Notes: generated from the sequence alone by a model not told the origin. 64,000 nucleotides of DNA from Eledone cirrhosa (GCA_964016885.1 OZ024743.1:156674001-156738000); one strand, 5' to 3'. Counted from the first letter of the stretch, positions 26,857 through 41,075 are shown. Numbers and translations: made by a program.

Positions 26857-27519
26857 GTAAGTGGAATTCTGCAGTAACGCCCATTTCCGCGCTCAGCAGA
26901 ACGTATGATGAGTGTTTAGTCTCTACTTTGCCAAGTATTATTATGTATTAATTACAGTATAAATTACGATCCTTTGTCCCACACAAGTAAGGATCTAAAA
27001 TGTTTAACCTCTCTCAGTACTTATAACATTTAAAGAAATATCTTTGTTCTGTTGAACTGTTGCTCTAATCTCCCCAATGTATTAGTGTACTTTACGATAC
27101 ACAAAGCTGAGTACAAAGGAGACATATTATAGAGATAGCCTACAGAATTTCACTGCAAATTCCTCTTTGAATTGCTAGATGATGTTGGATGCAACTTGTG
27201 GTTTGCCGCTAAAACGTCACCTCCTACAATTTTACTGACCAATTCAGCTGTTCCTGATTACGTGCATACATGCACGCCCTTAGGGTGCAGCATGTGAAGA
27301 GGTTGTTTTTAGGTTGTGCACTGATTTATTCATCCATTGTTATGGAGGTATTTAACTTCTTATCTCTTTGTCTGAGCTAGATTAAGCGTAATAATTTTGA
27401 GATACTAACTTCAGAAATTCTGTCAGGCTATTATAGGGATTTAATAGTTAGCCAGTTTTAAGTACACCCATCAGTGGTTACGTAGCTGAGGACTAAACGC
27501 AGAAAGGGAAGGCTTCATC

Positions 27520-28477
27520 TTAGCTGCTCAAGATCAGAGAATCAGAGTGATGTTGCTGTTCCATGCAACCATGCCTTTTGAAGTGTTCCCAAAAAGGGGG
27601 ATGGACAAATGTTCGTTAACCATCGTTGAACATTCTTTGAGATAGTATCTAGTGCTCCTATTACAATCGGGACGACCTTCATTTCATGGCAGTCCCATAT
27701 CTTTTTCAATTCACACATGAAATACTGGTATCGGTTAATTTTCTCCTCCTTTAATTGCATTCTACAACTAAGCATGATCTTTTTTCCTTGCTAGGTGGAA
27801 TCTATTGAGTTTTAATTTCTTGTATTTTTGTATCATCAAATCCCATAGCACCTTCACTTGATCGCCTTCTATCAGCGACTCTGGCTTATGCTCACACCAC
27901 TTCTCAGAATGTGGTAAATTATTTAGTTTACATAGATGCTAGTGAATCACCTTTCCTATTATAACGTCCCTCCACCCTTTACAGTGTGTCTGCGCTAGGT
28001 GTTTCCACGCCGATACGATGTGAGCTACATTTCCACTCTCTCTCCACAGATCCTTGTCAATATCGTGTTTCATCCACTTCGCTCTGAGGGCCTACTCCAG
28101 TGCAGCCATAAGCATTCATTCTGTACCTTTTTTAAAGAAGGTCTCCTATTTTTAGCCAGCACTATGTCTGTAGAACTCTGAATTTCGTTTTCTTATTAAA
28201 TTTGCTATGAAGGGATTTTTCATGGAGGTTGCTCTTCCTCTGTGTTGTTACTTCTTCCTTTGATATTCCTTGGTCAATTGTATTCTTCTTCAGTACAACC
28301 TTGAGCATCGGCTCCCTACTCTCAGATACATATTTGTGCAGACTTCCCTTCTGCATCTGAACAGAGTCCACTACGCTAATACAATTGTTTCCATATTCAG
28401 AGCTCTTTAACTAGAGTCTATCAACATCACACCTCTTGTAGAATAAGCTGTAGGTAGTCATTAGCTTCCTAGTCTTT
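27520..28477 (-). mobile_element. R4/Dong-like RLE LINE 3' portion, degenerate
   Basis: ORF 27542-27775 (-): EEKINRYQ....ELKKIW.C...KVVPIVIGAL.T...LQKA.L.GTA. Upstream remnants include CDVDRLY and K.LH..F. Same family as 40505-41545. Confidence 0.85.
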
Positions 28478-30333
28478 GTGAACGCATTCGAGAGTGTGAA
28501 CAATCGGTACCTGGAGGCTGTCCTCAAGACAGCTGGCTTCGGCCCCGTCATCAGAAGTTGCATCACTGCAATGCAAAGCGGCATCTGTTCGGTGGTCAAA
28601 GTTAATGGCCACCACTCGGAGCCGGTTCAGATCTCCCGGGTGCCATTTTCCTCTCTTCTGTACGTATTGACTCTCAACCCTTTACTGCGGAAGCCAGAGC
28701 TGTTGCTGCCCGTACCGCTCGAATCGGGACGCGAAAAGGCCTTGTCGGTTAATGTGGATGACATCAACGTGATGGTGTCGGACACCGCGGAAATCGAGTA
28801 GGTCGGCACTGTATTGGAGGAATATGAAAGATTGACGGGAACGAATCGTATCCTGGAAAGGTTGGTGGTCTTGCAGCTCAGCACCTGGAGAGGCAAGTCC
28901 ATGACTTCCAATAACGTCAGTGCGAGCTGGACGGACGGACCACTAAGATTTCTCGGAGTTTTATTCGGACTAGCCCTCCAGTTTGATGAGAATTGGGACG
29001 AGGTGACGATTAGAATAGCCAGTCTCACCCAGAAATGGGCTACGAGGAAGCTGCCACTGAAAGGTTGGGTGTAGGCGGTGAATGCGTACATCATGTCCGT
29101 CATCTACTACCACCTGTCTGTCGTGCCTTGCCCCCGTCTGCGTCTCGCCAAGTTGGAAGTGCTCCTCTTCAAATTCTTGTGGGGGGGACAGTTTTGTTGG
29201 TGAGGTGGTACATCTGCTGCCAGCAACATCTACCCAGAGGACTGGGTATGCTGTGGATAATGATGCTCAGACATGTGCTGAGGTTGCGGCATCTCCAGAT
29301 AATCTGGCTAAATGGTTTACAGGTAAGGTCGATGTTTGTTAGATAGGGCTTTCCGCAGCTCATCTCTTTGACTGAGCTACAGTCCTCGGTGAAGAAGAGA
29401 CCGAGACTGGGTGACTGGCATCTGGAATGGGCAATGCGGTCAGTGGAACTTCCACCCTCGATTTCTATAAAGAATTGGTGGTAGGTAAGTGCGACGACGC
29501 ACTCAGAGAGGTTCTGGTCATAGACGAAATCGAACTGACCGGTCTGTTCCGGAGGACTTTCGTTCTGGGAACCATGAATTACTTCCAGAAATCCCACGCT
29601 TGGCAGTGCTACCGGGGCGGAGGGGGGGGGGGGGCTACTGCCTGTTCGAAATGAACTCTACAGGCATTGAAGGGCTGTCAGACGGACCTGCATGAGATGC
29701 GCGCAGATCGACGAAATCATTCTACATGCACTCGTCCAGCGTCCGTGCATTACTGACTTCTGGAGTTATGTCGAACAGATGTTGTCGCTTGTAGAACCGA
29801 TCCTTCTATCGGCCGCCCTCTTTTGACAAGGAAGGGCAGGCAATTTTCTTCTGTCTGGTGGCAGAGCGAAAGACGCTGTATCGTTGACCAAGGTGAAAGG
29901 ACTGAAGACAGATACTTTTCTTTTCGGCCAATCCCTCATCAACCTTTTCAAATTTCACTTGGAATGGAAGGTGAGGCTAAAGAGAGAGAGAGAGGTGGTA
30001 CCCATCACCCCAGTACATTTGCTAAAATATAGGTGAATGTGGCGAGAATGGCCTGTGTGATTGGCCTACACTGACCATGTGCCTGTAGGGATGTTAATTT
30101 GAGGAGGAGAGGGATGCCCTTCAATGGTGCCCTCGAAGCGTCGGGTGGTGCAGGATTGGTAGGGTCCCCGAGTCAACAGAGTCTGGTTAACGCCCCGATT
30201 GGGAAATGTTCATTGATGTAATTTTCTTGTTATTTTGGTATTGTATTTTTTTTTTTACACATTATATATGTTAAATCCCACTGTCCCTTTCTGCTCCCTA
30301 TACTTCGGCATTGGAGGCCAATCAATGAAACTC
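28478..30333 (+). mobile_element. 5'-truncated Tx1/L1-like LINE (RT to 3' UTR), degenerate
   Basis: AFESVNNRYL..VL...GFG (KAFD motif), VNG..S.P..I, SLLYVL.L.PL, VDDI (YADD), LGV.FG, W..R.L.LKG, C-terminal CCHC remnant ~29690-29770. Homologous to 32570-34300 (-). Confidence 0.85.
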
Positions 30334-31330
30334 TCTTCTTCTTCTTCTTCTTCTTCTTCTTCTTCTTCTTCTTCTTCTTCTTCTTCTTCTTCTTCTTCTT
30401 CTTCTTCTTCTTCTTCTTCTTCTTCTTCTTCTTCTTCTTCTTCTTCTTCTTCTTCTTCTTCACCCATTTATTCCTGAGAGCGTCCTGGGTGCAGAGTACT
30501 CAAACATTCCTTCCAGCGAATCTTTTCAGAAGCAACCCTTTCCAACTGATCCAGCTGGGTCCCCAAGCAAGACCAGCTGAGATCATGGATGTTATCCAAA
30601 TATCTTGCTCATGCGTACCACTGCGTCTCCTGACGGTTGATTTTGCTGATAAGATCTGTCCAGCGATTCTTTCCTAGACATTCTACCCACATCTCCATAG
30701 TAACGGAGTTGTGAAACGTTTGCGGGGACAGAGTAAGCAAACGCTCTTTCCAGCAGGTTCTGTCAGAATCAACCTCTTCTAATTGATACGCCTAGATTCT
30801 TAAGCGAGACTAGCCGAACTATTAGGTGTTATCCAACCATATTCCATCGGGTGTAACACTGGGTCTCCTACCCGTTCTTTTAGACTATAAAATCAGTTCA
30901 CTTTGTTCCCACATGAAATAGTTTCCATTTAGTACCATTTATCCGATCACAAATACTTTGGAATTCGTATAGAGATATCAGGGTAACAAAAAGCTGACAA
31001 TCAATCACAACACCCGCAGGACCTTCCTGATCAGGTCCCGTGGAACGCAGTATGTGCATTTTCGAAATCTTCAAAGCAAGAATACATTGCTTAGAAATAC
31101 TCCCACGAATTCCCAAAGATCTGTAGCAGTGTGGATATTTGGTCTTCTGTGCTGAATCCGGACCTAAAACCACAGTGTTCATCAGCAACGTTGGACTCGA
31201 CAATATCCTTATATCTCTTTGCCTGACACGTAGCATAGAATTTACCGGGGAGGGGAGAGGGGAGTCATAACAAGAAATCCCTTCTATAATTGGTGTAATA
31301 TCTCTTGTTTCTTGTTTCCCTTTTTGAAAA
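30334..31330 (-). mobile_element. RTE LINE, internally deleted, with (GAA)n tail
   Basis: A minus frame reads GKFYA....R.KDIVE....DEHCGFRSG.ST.DQI.TL.QIF..SWEY...YSCF.DFE.A (RT domains 1-3). The 3' region is 30480-30720; the (TTC)n at 30334-30461 is the (GAA)n tail on minus. Confidence 0.78.
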
Positions 31331-31987
31331 TTGAAATTACCAATCCGGACTACCATTACTCAGCCTCCAAGAGATTACCCATCGCTCCCAGAAGTAATTC
31401 GTGTACATCAGAAGCTTATATTATGATATAATTAATGAGATCAGTAACGTGATCTCTCCAACTCGTGAGAATGTGCCTCTCTCGGAAGAGAGGAGAACAC
31501 TAGACGAATTATTGACAGGTTTGGAGGGGGACATGTTACTGATAAAAAAAATTTCAAGCTCTTCGTGAAAGTAAAAAATTTAAGAAGAAATAAAACGATG
31601 GAGATAATATTTGTCCACTCTTTTTTAAAAAAGTCATGAATTCCAACATCAACATGTGACTATATAAATGTGAAAATTTAAAGCACATGCCCGGAATCGA
31701 GGATAAACAGAATTTTCTGTTTAGATATCACAGAATGTCTGTGATATCTATTTTGGTAACATATTATTAGAAGCATTCGCATACTCATGTTATTTCGAGA
31801 GTGAACCCATTATTTTATTCTATAAATATATGACATTTATAATGTTGTTTTGTTGGAGCTCCTATAGCAAATGTTCCTATTGCATCATTAGTATATTGTT
31901 CCTGAATTTGTGTGTATGTATAAGTCTTTCTTTCTATGTAACAAACCAAACCAAGCTATTTAAACTTTATTAGTTACTATACTCATA

Positions 31988-32540
31988 AGGTTGACTTTGC
32001 CTTTCATCCTTACGGGGTCGATAAAATAAAGTACCAGTAATATACTGTTTAATTGCTGGCCTTGTGCCTAAAGTAGAAACAATTATCATATTGTCAACAA
32101 CCACATCAACTCCAACATTTATAGCAGCAGCAACGACAACAGCAAAAGACAATATCAACACCCGCAACAAGAAAACAACAAAAATAGCAATGATAGTTAT
32201 TTCTACTTTAGGCACAAGGCCAGAACTTTGAAAGGGAAGGGGAAAGTCGATTAAATGGACCCTAGTGTATTACTGGTGCTTTATTTTATCGACCCATGAA
32301 AGTCAAGACTAACCACGATGGTCTTTGAAATCAGAACATAAAAGGCCATAACTTTAAGCTGCAAAGCATGATGTTTTACGCTCTACCGATACAGCCAATA
32401 CACAGCCCTGATAATAATGGTTTCTGATTTAGGCACAAGGCCAGCAATTTGGAGAGATGGGAAAGTCAATTAAATCGACCCGAGTGCATTACTGGTGCTT
32501 TATTTTATCGACCCCGTCAGGATGAAAGGCAAAGCTAACC
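31988..32540. mobile_element. Cluster of three SINE copies/fragments (31988-32085 +, 32198-32410 -, 32415-32540 -)
   Basis: All share the GGGTCGATAAAATAAAG.ACCAGTAAT and GGCCTTGTGCCTAAA motifs with 21320-21510. Confidence 0.8.
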
Positions 32541-32569
32541 ATTCCTGTTTTGCCACAAGGGCTTATACG

Positions 32570-35500
32570 GGGGACACGGGGGTGGGTTACAATAAAATTG
32601 TGTAAAAATGTATATAAATAACAACAATAAACAACAACAATACAGAGTACAGAATTCCCCAATAAGAGAAAGAACAACTTACGGGTGACTAAGGTACCCC
32701 ACTAATTCTGAGCCATCTGACGCTTCGAGTGCAACGTATCTCCCACTTCAAATAAAGTAACCTACATGTGCATGCTTAGAGTAGGCACATTCATATGGGC
32801 CAATCTCGCCACATTTACCCACCTTTTAGAAAATATACTTGGGGGCAGCACTTCCCTCTTTACCCTCACCTTACTTTACAAGTGGAACTTGAACAAGTCG
32901 ATGGGGGTTTGGGCACAGAGAAAAGTCTCTGTCTTTAGTCCTTTCAACCTGTTCCACCACAAAATCGCTATCATGTCATTACCATCATCAGACAGAGGAA
33001 ATTGCCTGCTCGTCCCAGCCAAAAGAAGGCAGAGGGGCGATTTTCACTTGGGGCTGTGTTGATAGCCGGATCCGTACTACACGTGACAACAGCTGTTTGA
33101 CACAACTCCACAAGTTAGCAATGCATGAGAACAGGATGAGTGCGTGTAGAGTTTAGTAATGCCATGTTAGGGATTTCTGGAACGTATACATAGTGCCCGG
33201 CTCGAAATTTCTCCGAAAGAGACTAGTGATTTCGACTTCATCGATGCCCGGATTTTCATAGAGTGCCCACAATTAATCCTCTATAGAACTCGTCAGTAGA
33301 AGTTCCACTAAATACATTTCCCGCCTGGTAGAGGGCAGTGTGCGTCTGGCAACATTTCATATGACAGACGTCTAGTAAAGCTCTCTTTAGATAAGCTGCG
33401 GAAAAGCCTGTTTCACCAAAGGCGACAACACCTATTCGCCATTTAGGCAAAATATTTGGGGATTCCACTGTCTCAGCTCTTTTTTGCGCATCAATAGCCA
33501 CTAATTTCCCAATCCTCAGCGAAGAGCGTTTTGGCAGCAGATGAACCGCCTCACATAACCCAAGCTGTCCCCTCCAAAAGACGTTGAAGAGGAGCTGTTC
33601 CAATTTAGTGAGGAGCTAACGGGGTCTAAGCATGACGGTCAGGCGGTAGCAGATGACATACGCTTATACGCGTTCTCCATCTCAGCCCGACGTTTCAGGG
33701 ATAGCTTCCTCTCGGGCCATTTCCTAGAGTGTGTGGGTACCCTGATGATAAACTCGTCCTAATTGTTATCCACCTGGATGTTTGGTCCAAACCAAGTCCA
33801 GAAAAACTTTAATGGTCCGTCGGAAGAGCGCCCAATAGAGCTGTTGGATGGCATGGACATGCCTCTCCAGGTGCTGAGCTGCAAGCCCACTGACGCATCC
33901 GGATTTAGTTTCGCTCACGTTAACATTTGATATTCCTCCAAGAAAGAGCCTCGATTTCCGAGGTGATGTTGTCAGCATAAACTTACACAGCCTTTCGCAT
34001 CACGGTTTGACTGGGATGCCGTGCAAAAGCTCCAGCTTTCGCAGTAAAGGCTAGCACAGAAGGGAGGAGAGTGTGCACCCTTGACAGAACGATCGGGAGT
34101 TCTTAATTAGTTTCGAATGATGGCATTTAAACATAACTACCCAGCCGAGCCACTGTGTATTGCAGCGATCCAGCCACTGAAGACGAGATTGAAGTCAGCT
34201 ACCGGGAGGACAGGCTCTAGATATCGGTGGTCGATCTTATCGAAAGCTTACGATTGATCTAAATTGACCAGAGCCCCACCGAAGCCAGGTTTACTACCTA
34301 CCCTCTCTATGATGTATCACATATTTATGGCCTCACCTACCAAATCCTCGACGGCAAGCGTCAGCCTCTTTGCTGACACTGACCAAGTTTTAAACTCTGT
34401 CTAGCAGAGTTATGGGCCTGAAGTCATCTAACCTATTCGGCTTGTTCTCCTCTTTCCTTAACAGCGTCACTACGGCTGAGCTCACAGAACTGGGAATACT
34501 TCCGTTCTGCTACCAGAATATCTACGTAAAATTCGGAGGGCAGACCATCCAAACCGGGTGTCTTGCACCCCGTGTAGCCCACTTAGGCATCCCGATACTT
34601 GGCTAAATTCATCGGCCATTTGCAGTGCTCAACATTGTCCGTCGAGGTGTGGAATGAAAACCGCTACCGCCTCGAACACTCCTCCCCACCTCTCTCCCCG
34701 AACAGCTTGGCAAAGTGATAGCGAAAGGCCTCACACTTCTGACAGGAATCGTTCAGTTCGCGTTCATCTCGGTCCGTCAAAGACCAAAGGGTGGTTTTAT
34801 TACCACGCTGCGCATCTTCCACACCGGCACATCGAACAGCTTTAGTTTCCTCGTTTCTTAGAGAACGCACCTTAGCTCCGACAATTCAATCTTCGTATTT
34901 AACCTTAACGAAATGGTCTAATGCCATTCTCGCCACTAGCACGTCTGTTGCAATGCCACTACATATATATCCTCGTCTAATTTAGCTAAAAGCTACTCCC
35001 GCTCTTTTTTATTTTTCTCTAACGTACCAATTTTCTCAAACTTATCGAAATTACTCTAAGATCTCGTTTGAGGGCCCGCCACCACCTGTTGTTTATGAAC
35101 CTCCTGTCAACTTTGGCTTAACTAAATTGTTGTCCCGGTCCCTGTAAGCCTTACGTGACGAACACATTTTCAGCTTCCAGTAACCAGGCCTTAACCTGAA
35201 CATCTTATCTAGAATAACGATAGATATCTGAAACTTGTGATCTCAATAGGAAACCGTTTGAAGGTGAGGACAGCCTACACTATTCTTATCTATTCTTAAT
35301 GAAAAAATGTATATATATGATGTCCCTATATGATTGGTCCACGTTCACAATTGTGCATTAGGGAAATCTAGTCGTAACTCACAGACAGTTGGAACTGGCT
35401 GATCAGGTACTTGAGACTTTTACAACGCCTGCTCCTATCAACTACACCCACACAATTCCAGCGTTCGGTTAAGATGCCGTTCCGGTGCCCTGCTAACAGT

Positions 35501-37200
35501 AAATGGCGAGATGTGCCTAGAAATGCTTCCAGGTGCCTAAACAATACCGGCCGGCTGGCTCCGATTAGGGCATAGATGGCTACACGTCTAAATGCACTGA
35601 CTCCGCTATTGTTTATGTCCAAGACCACCAACTTACCATCTGAGTCCCGGAAGATCGACCTTACCTTGAGATCCAGACCTTTCCCAATCAGCTTTTCCAC
35701 CCACGTCCCATTCCCAGCTGACTAAGAGATGCGAAGATCCAATAATCGAAGATGGGAGCTGCGGCATGTGTGTCAGAAATCCTGGTTTCGCTGACGGCAA
35801 TCATATCTATATCTAACGAAGTTAGATCGTTGAGCAGGCACTCTGCTTCCAGGACGACCCCAGGTCACGAACATTTAAGTATCCTACTCTTAGGATTGCT
35901 AATTTGGCAGGCTAAAGGAGAGAGAGGAATGGTTTACTTACCACCCGTGAGCTTGTGGATGTCCGATGGATCAGCGTTCTTAAGAGGTCTACTTGTTGCT
36001 TTTATATTCTCATCCCTTTATGTGAGTCGAGCGACATTCTTATTTGAAACAACTCTACTGGTCCGCTAGATTTGCTCGCTCTAAAATCTCTTCTTTCTCG
36101 ATCTTTTTTGCTTCGTGTTATGAGGGCCATCTATTCCTTGTTGGCCCTTCTCACAAGTACGATGTTTTGTGCGCTGTTGTGATTTTATTTGTTTGCGTGT
36201 CAGTGATTGTGTGATGATGGTTTTGTTGGTGTTCTTTTGGGTTGCTGTCTCTGCTGTGGAGGTGGTGTCTGCGATTGTAGTTGTTTGCCTGTTCTTTTGT
36301 TCTTTTGTTCTTTGTGATTTCTTGCGTTTGGAGTATTGTGGTGGTGGTAGTGAGGATGTTGGGGAAGTGTTGAATGGGTGTAGTCTGCATTTTCTGTTGT
36401 GGATTTTTTGTGATGCGTGGAGTTTTATTTGTGTGTCTATTTTTGTTTTGTTTTATTTATTTTGTGCCTCCTCTTCGCTACTGGAAGACGAGCGGTCTAT
36501 ACCTATATGTGCGTTTTTGGGGGGAGGGGAAATAGGAGCACTTTCTTCATTTTTTGACCTGGGTTGCTTTTGATGCCCGTCGTGGCGTTAGAAGCTGAGG
36601 AGGGTTACGACCTCTTGCAATTTTCAGTTGACAACAGAAGGCTCGCAATTGCGTTGTTTAGGTACAATCGAAACACTGTGGCCTTTCGAGCTTCGTCATT
36701 ACATAGAGAACCACCCAATTTTCAAGATGGATGTAATCTGGAATTTATCTCCAATTTTCAAGCCTGATGTACAGGAATGTATCCCGATCAAAGCCGGACC
36801 AGCCCCCCCCTCCCCCCTGTCGGTAGATGTCACCTCTGTTGGGACGACATCTGTCACCTCCATAATCCATAATTAAGAATCCCAAGACCCAGGACTTTTC
36901 TAGTCATGGGAACATAGCTGTATGCAAATTCTTTCTGTTCCTTTTTCCATGTGGGAGGGGTACATAATAACCGTGCTAGTTTTGAAAGGGGTAACTGAGG
37001 GCTTCACAGTGAGTCTTTCTGAATTAAACAGCACCAAGATAGTGCCGTAATTTCTCAGGTGCATCTCTGATACACATCAGCACAGCTTCAATTTATCTTG
37101 TGGAATTTTTACCGCTTATTTGTGTGCGCAGATATGCATCTGAAGTGCATCGTTCTTCTCTTCCCCGCCTATATATCTGCAGTTGGTTTTTGATTTTTAA
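32570..37200 (-). mobile_element. Near full-length, degenerate Tx1/L1-like LINE (ORF1, APE endonuclease, RT)
   Basis: Minus strand: I.AVSETR and D.DGKLVVLDI....FR.VAIYA, LLLAG..N (APE, 35368-35830); PGYWKL; GL..LDQ.KAFDKIDH.YL; RQGC.LS.LL; YADNI (~33970). The low-complexity T/Q/K-rich region ~36000-37200 fits ORF1. Confidence 0.85.
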
Positions 37201-38009
37201 CATATTTAAAACAATTGTGATATAACAATTCGTATTACAAATGGGACATAAGGCACCAGGTTAACCCCTCAGGAAATGAGGCCCATAATATCCTGTTATA
37301 TCGCTCAAATATTCAATTTTGCATTATAAATTTTATATTCAAAAAAGGAAATGGGTATAAATGGAAGAAAACTTCCCTCTGTCTACACTATATAGAACAG
37401 GCAAATAACAGCAATTTCACCACCACCACAACCTAGATACACCACCTATCCAACCACCCCTCTATGTACACTAAATAGCACAGCCAGATAACGGCAATTT
37501 CACCACTACCACCACAATAATAATAATTACTATTATTGTATCTCAAGTTTTCTCAAAATGTTTAATTCAAATATTAAGAAAATATGTCAATATATATATA
37601 TTAAACATAGGCGACAAACCGTATATATATATACAGATCAAACAAACGCACACTAGCTACAGTCTATTCAAAAGAACTAAGTAACGACAACGCCATAACT
37701 ACAGTCAACGCCGCAACCACTCCATCATTGCTACCACTATCCCATAACCGCCGCCACCATTACTACCCCACTACCTTCTGTTAACTTAAGAATGGGGAAG
37801 GTGCCGGTATCACTAGAAAAGGGAGAGAGTAGCAAAATATATATATATAGACTGACTTGGTGACCCGGTCAAACGTCAACGACTATGGCAATGCTGGACC
37901 CCCCCCTTCCCCACCAACAATTGAAAAAGCCCCAGCACCACCACTGATATAGCCAACAGCAACAGGCAATTTCAACAAAAAGTATATCATATTATTAATA
38001 ATAATTTTA

Positions 38010-40456
38010 TTCTTAAGCCACGCAGTGCTCACATGAAGGAACCACTTAGGATAATAACAATTTAAAAAAGAAAACAAAAAAAGAAAACACCGTGACCAAG
38101 AAATACCGGGATGGCGGCCGGTGGGAATAGCCGTGTCTCTAGGGGAGGACGACCCCTCTAGTCTTGGTTGATACTCGTCCTAGGAGTGGTAAAACGAAAT
38201 GATTACCCCTTGGCGGTTAAGGATACAGCGCAACAAAATAAAGTCAATGTCAAATGATAAAATCTCATACCGGATCAGCCATCACCCGGGTCCAAAAGGG
38301 CCGCGTCACTCAGAGAGGAACCGGACTGGGGTCGAAAAATCAGCTAATGGTTCAAACCTAACTGAATATACATATGACCACCTGATAACAAATGACACGT
38401 TTCCCATTGAGCAGAAAGGGTGTAAACGAGGCTCATATGGCTGTAAGCATCAACTTTTGGTTAACAAAATGATACTGGAAGATTGTCATAATAGACACAA
38501 TAATATATTCGATAGTTTGCCACACGGTTGGATTGAAAAATGTTTAGAGATTTTCAAAATATCTCCCGTTGTTAGGAGGTTTTTGTCGTTCAGTATGAAG
38601 ACATGGAAAACGACACTCATTTTGAATAGTGAAACAAAATCACTGGAAGCTGGAGAAGTTAATATTAATTGTGGAATTTTTCAGAGTGACTCTTTATCAA
38701 CGCTTTTATTCTGCATCGCACTTATACCATTAAGTAAAATACTCAATGAAACAAAACATGGATATAAAGTCATTGACAAAACCATTAATCACTTGTTCTA
38801 CATGGATGACCTGAAACTATTTGCAAAAAATAATAAAAAATTGCACTGTGGAGCAGTTCAGTGATGACATTAAAATGGAGTGTGGACTAGATAAATGCGC
38901 CAAAGCAACGTTCACCAGAGGAAAGCTGCTGAAAAGTTCAGACATTAATCTTGATCAAGAGAATGTGATAAGAGAACTTGATCAAGGGGAAACTTACAAA
39001 TATCTAGGTGTTTGTGAAGGAGACGGGATCAAGCACTCGACAATGAGGGAAAGGATAAGGAAGGAATGTTACCGCAGAGTCAGAGCAATCTTAAGAACGG
39101 AATTGAATGTAAGGAATAGGATCGATGCCATAAACACGATTGCCATACCATTTGTAACCTACAGTTACAATGTCATCAACTGGTCAAGCACAGAGATCCG
39201 TAGGCTCGATACAAAAATTAGAACATTCTTAACCATGCACAGAATGCATCACCCTAAGGCAGACATAGATAGAATATGTCTCCCTAGGAAAGAAGGAGGA
39301 CGTGGGTTAATCCAGTTAGACATTGCGTTGAAAACTGCAACAATTGGATTATCCACATATCTAAGGGAATCACATGATTGGATGATCAAACTCGTTTTGA
39401 AACACGAAAGCACCAAAAGATCATATTCTATTACAAAAGATGCACAAAGATACAGTAATGGACTACAAATTTCAGAAGTCCCATTTACTGCTGAAATGGA
39501 AAACACAGAAAAAGCAAAGCAGGTAAAAGTAACTGCAAAGAAAGAACTGCTACAGAAACTGGCTAAGAAATGACAAGAAAAGCCTCTGTATGGAAAATAC
39601 CCAGAGCGAGCTAACAATCCTGATGTTGACAAAACTTTAACCCATCAGTGGTTGGCATCCTCTGGACTGAAATCGGAGACTGAAGGACTGATTATATCCG
39701 CACAAGATCAGTGTCTGCCAACAAAAAATTACCAAGCCAACATAATAAAAAATGGGTGCAACCCATTATGCCGTGTATGCAAAAAACAACCAGAGACCAT
39801 TGACCATATAATTTCAATGTGCAGTCCTATAGCTCCAACCGAATACCTAAACAGGCATGAGAGAGCTGCACAATACATACATTGGATAATGTGTAAGCAT
39901 TTTGACCTGCCCCATCAAAAGAATTGGTGGGAGCATCAACCACCTCCCATACTTGAAAAAGATCACATCTCAATCTTGTGGAACTTTAGCATCCAAACAG
40001 ACCGAAAAATAGATGCAAATAGACCTGATATAATATTGAAGGACTTTCAAAGGAGGGTATGCCTGCTAATTGATATGTCAGTTCCAATAGACAAGAATGT
40101 ATCTATAAAAACATTTGAAAAATTGAGCAAGTATAAGGACCTGGAGATAGAAATTGGAAAAATGTGGAAATTGAGAACTAAAACAATACCAGTGGTTGTA
40201 GGCGCTCTGGGAATGATACCTAAGGGGTCTAACGACTACTTATCGCAAATCCCAGGAAACCCGCGTATAGGAGAAATACAAAAGATAGTATACTAAGGAA
40301 GATCCTGTCAATATAAGTACATCACAAGTCTAAACACTAAGGATGCATTTGTGAATATGTATGTTCTTTCTTGAACATGGCGGACCTTGTTGTCTCTTGA
40401 GGTCACTGGTTGTGACTTGGTGATAACTCGTATAAACATAAAGCAAGATAAATGCA

Positions 40457-40503
<47 letters not shown>
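38010..40503 (+). mobile_element. R4/Dong-like RLE LINE: 5' UTR retained, internal deletion, RT + CCHC + RLE, (TAA)n tail
   Basis: EQKGC, GIFQ.DSLS, HLFYMDDLKLF (38199-38864); YKYLG, HPKAD..R..LPRKEGGRGL (38821-39573); AQDQ, CRVC...ETIDHIIS.C, RH, RPD, KY, PVVVGALG (39652-40296). One frameshift and one stop split the ORF. (TAA)n at 40458-40503. Confidence 0.93.
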
Positions 40504-40504
<1 letters not shown>

Positions 40505-41037
40505 CACCTGTGCAAAGTAAACAATCTACCACATTCTGAGAAATGGTATGAGCATAGGCCAGAGGCGGTGATGGAGAACAGTCAGGTGAAGGTGCTGTGG
40601 GATTTTAGGATACAGACGGACAAAAAACTGGAACACAATAGACCTGACCTGGTGGTTGTGGACAAAGAAAAAAGATCGTGCCTGATTGTGGATGTGGCCT
40701 GCCCGTTCGACACGAGAGTGCAAGAGAAGGAGAGGGAGAAAATTAACCGATACCAGCACCTAAAGTGGGAGGTGAAAAGGATTTGGAACTGCCATGAAGT
40801 CAAAGTGATCCCAATTGTAATAGGCGCACTGGGGACTATCTCCAAAGGTTTCCAGGGATGGTTAAAGAAAATCGGCCCCTTCACGCTTTTTGGAACGCTT
40901 CAAAAGGCATGCTTGCTTGGAACGGCAAGAACCCTCCGATACGTCCTGAATATCTGAGGCTGCAGGTAGTGGCTTGATATTCAATCCAACGGACTTTCCA
41001 GTTAACCAACATCAATGACTGAGATTCAAGGAATAAC

Positions 41038-41075
<38 letters not shown>
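40505..41075 (+). mobile_element. 5'-truncated R4/Dong-like LINE (second family), RLE domain plus (TAA)n tail
   Basis: ORF 40568-40957: LWDF.IQTD..LEHNRPDLVVVDK....IVDVACP.D....KE.EKI.RY..L...PIVIGALG. Confidence 0.9.

Noticed and set aside
30898-31356. 152-aa minus ORF as a host gene
   Set aside because: It is an alternative frame over a degenerate RTE RT whose motifs lie in a different frame.
36169-36573. Hydrophobic 134-aa ORF resembling a membrane protein
   Set aside because: It is the antisense of the A/C-rich ORF1 region of the minus-strand Tx1-like LINE.
37370-37895. Possible minus-strand Helitron (ATATATATAGA end, short internal duplication 37380-37510)
   Set aside because: No matching CTRR end or subterminal hairpin could be located.
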